Shown here: positions 63,783 through 64,000 of the stretch, piece by piece | How the letters are laid out: each line of letters starts with the position of its first letter | Position numbering within the stretch: the stretch's first letter is position 1 | DNA from: Octopus bimaculoides | Lineage: Eukaryota | Reading direction: 5' to 3' | NCBI RefSeq assembly: GCF_001194135.2 | Contig: NC_068981.1 | Coordinates: 168,101,371 to 168,165,370, forward strand | DNA length: 64,000 nt | Translations under genes and position numbers: made by a program | Notes under the pieces: generated by a model | What the model was told of the DNA's origin: nothing | Database searches by the model: none | Seen by the model: the letters and a program-made list of their open reading frames with translations, nothing else

Positions 63783-64000
63783 ATGAATGAAAAACAGACA
63801 GTAGAGCTTATAAAATTGTTTAGGGAACAAATGGAAAAGCAAATGCAACAACATCAGAGAGATATGGACGCTCTGTTAAAACTGTTTGGTGCTCGACAAG
63901 TTGAAGGCGATCCCAGTGGCTATTTTTCAGCTGCTTCGACAACGGTGTCGATTCCACCATTTGCTGCATTTGATTCAGTGACAGAACTATGGCCTGATTA
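63783..64000 (+). CDS. Gypsy-type gag N-terminus, open to the window end
   Basis: MNEKQTVELIKLFREQMEKQMQQHQRDMDALL...SIPPFAAFDSVTELWPD with no stops. The P.F..FD...E.W..Y pattern is typical of Gypsy gag. Confidence 0.75.
   Translation, partial: MNEKQTVELIKLFREQMEKQMQQHQRDMDALLKLFGARQVEGDPSGYFSAASTTVSIPPFAAFDSVTELWPD

Overview
AT-rich, microsatellite-laden and gap-ridden eukaryotic draft sequence. The SINE types, transposon mix and host gene suggest a cephalopod, probably Octopus; this is an inference, as no database search was possible. One host gene is well supported: the 3' seven coding exons of DEF8 (Rubicon-homology zinc-binding domain) on the minus strand, 62109 down to 44954. They have GT-AG introns with consistent phases and give 249 aa plus stop; the 5' exons lie beyond the window. 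Nearly everything else is mobile DNA: at least three tRNA-derived SINE families, RTE and L1/Tx1-like LINE fragments, Penelope-like remnants, Tc1/mariner elements (DD37D maT and mariner-type), Merlin-type MITEs with a Merlin transposase fragment, and the 5' end of a Ty3/Gypsy LTR element. The best unexpected signal is a complete minimal type I hammerhead ribozyme (41979-42018), with the 3' half of a probable second, opposite-strand hammerhead across the adjacent gap. Other notable items are GG...CC MITEs with 8-9 bp target duplications carrying TTAGGG-type repeats, a strand-asymmetric pre-miRNA-like hairpin, a long inverted duplication next to a DEF8 exon, and several unidentified candidate exon chains. 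No rRNA, true tRNA gene or CRISPR array was seen. Boundaries of degraded elements are approximate.
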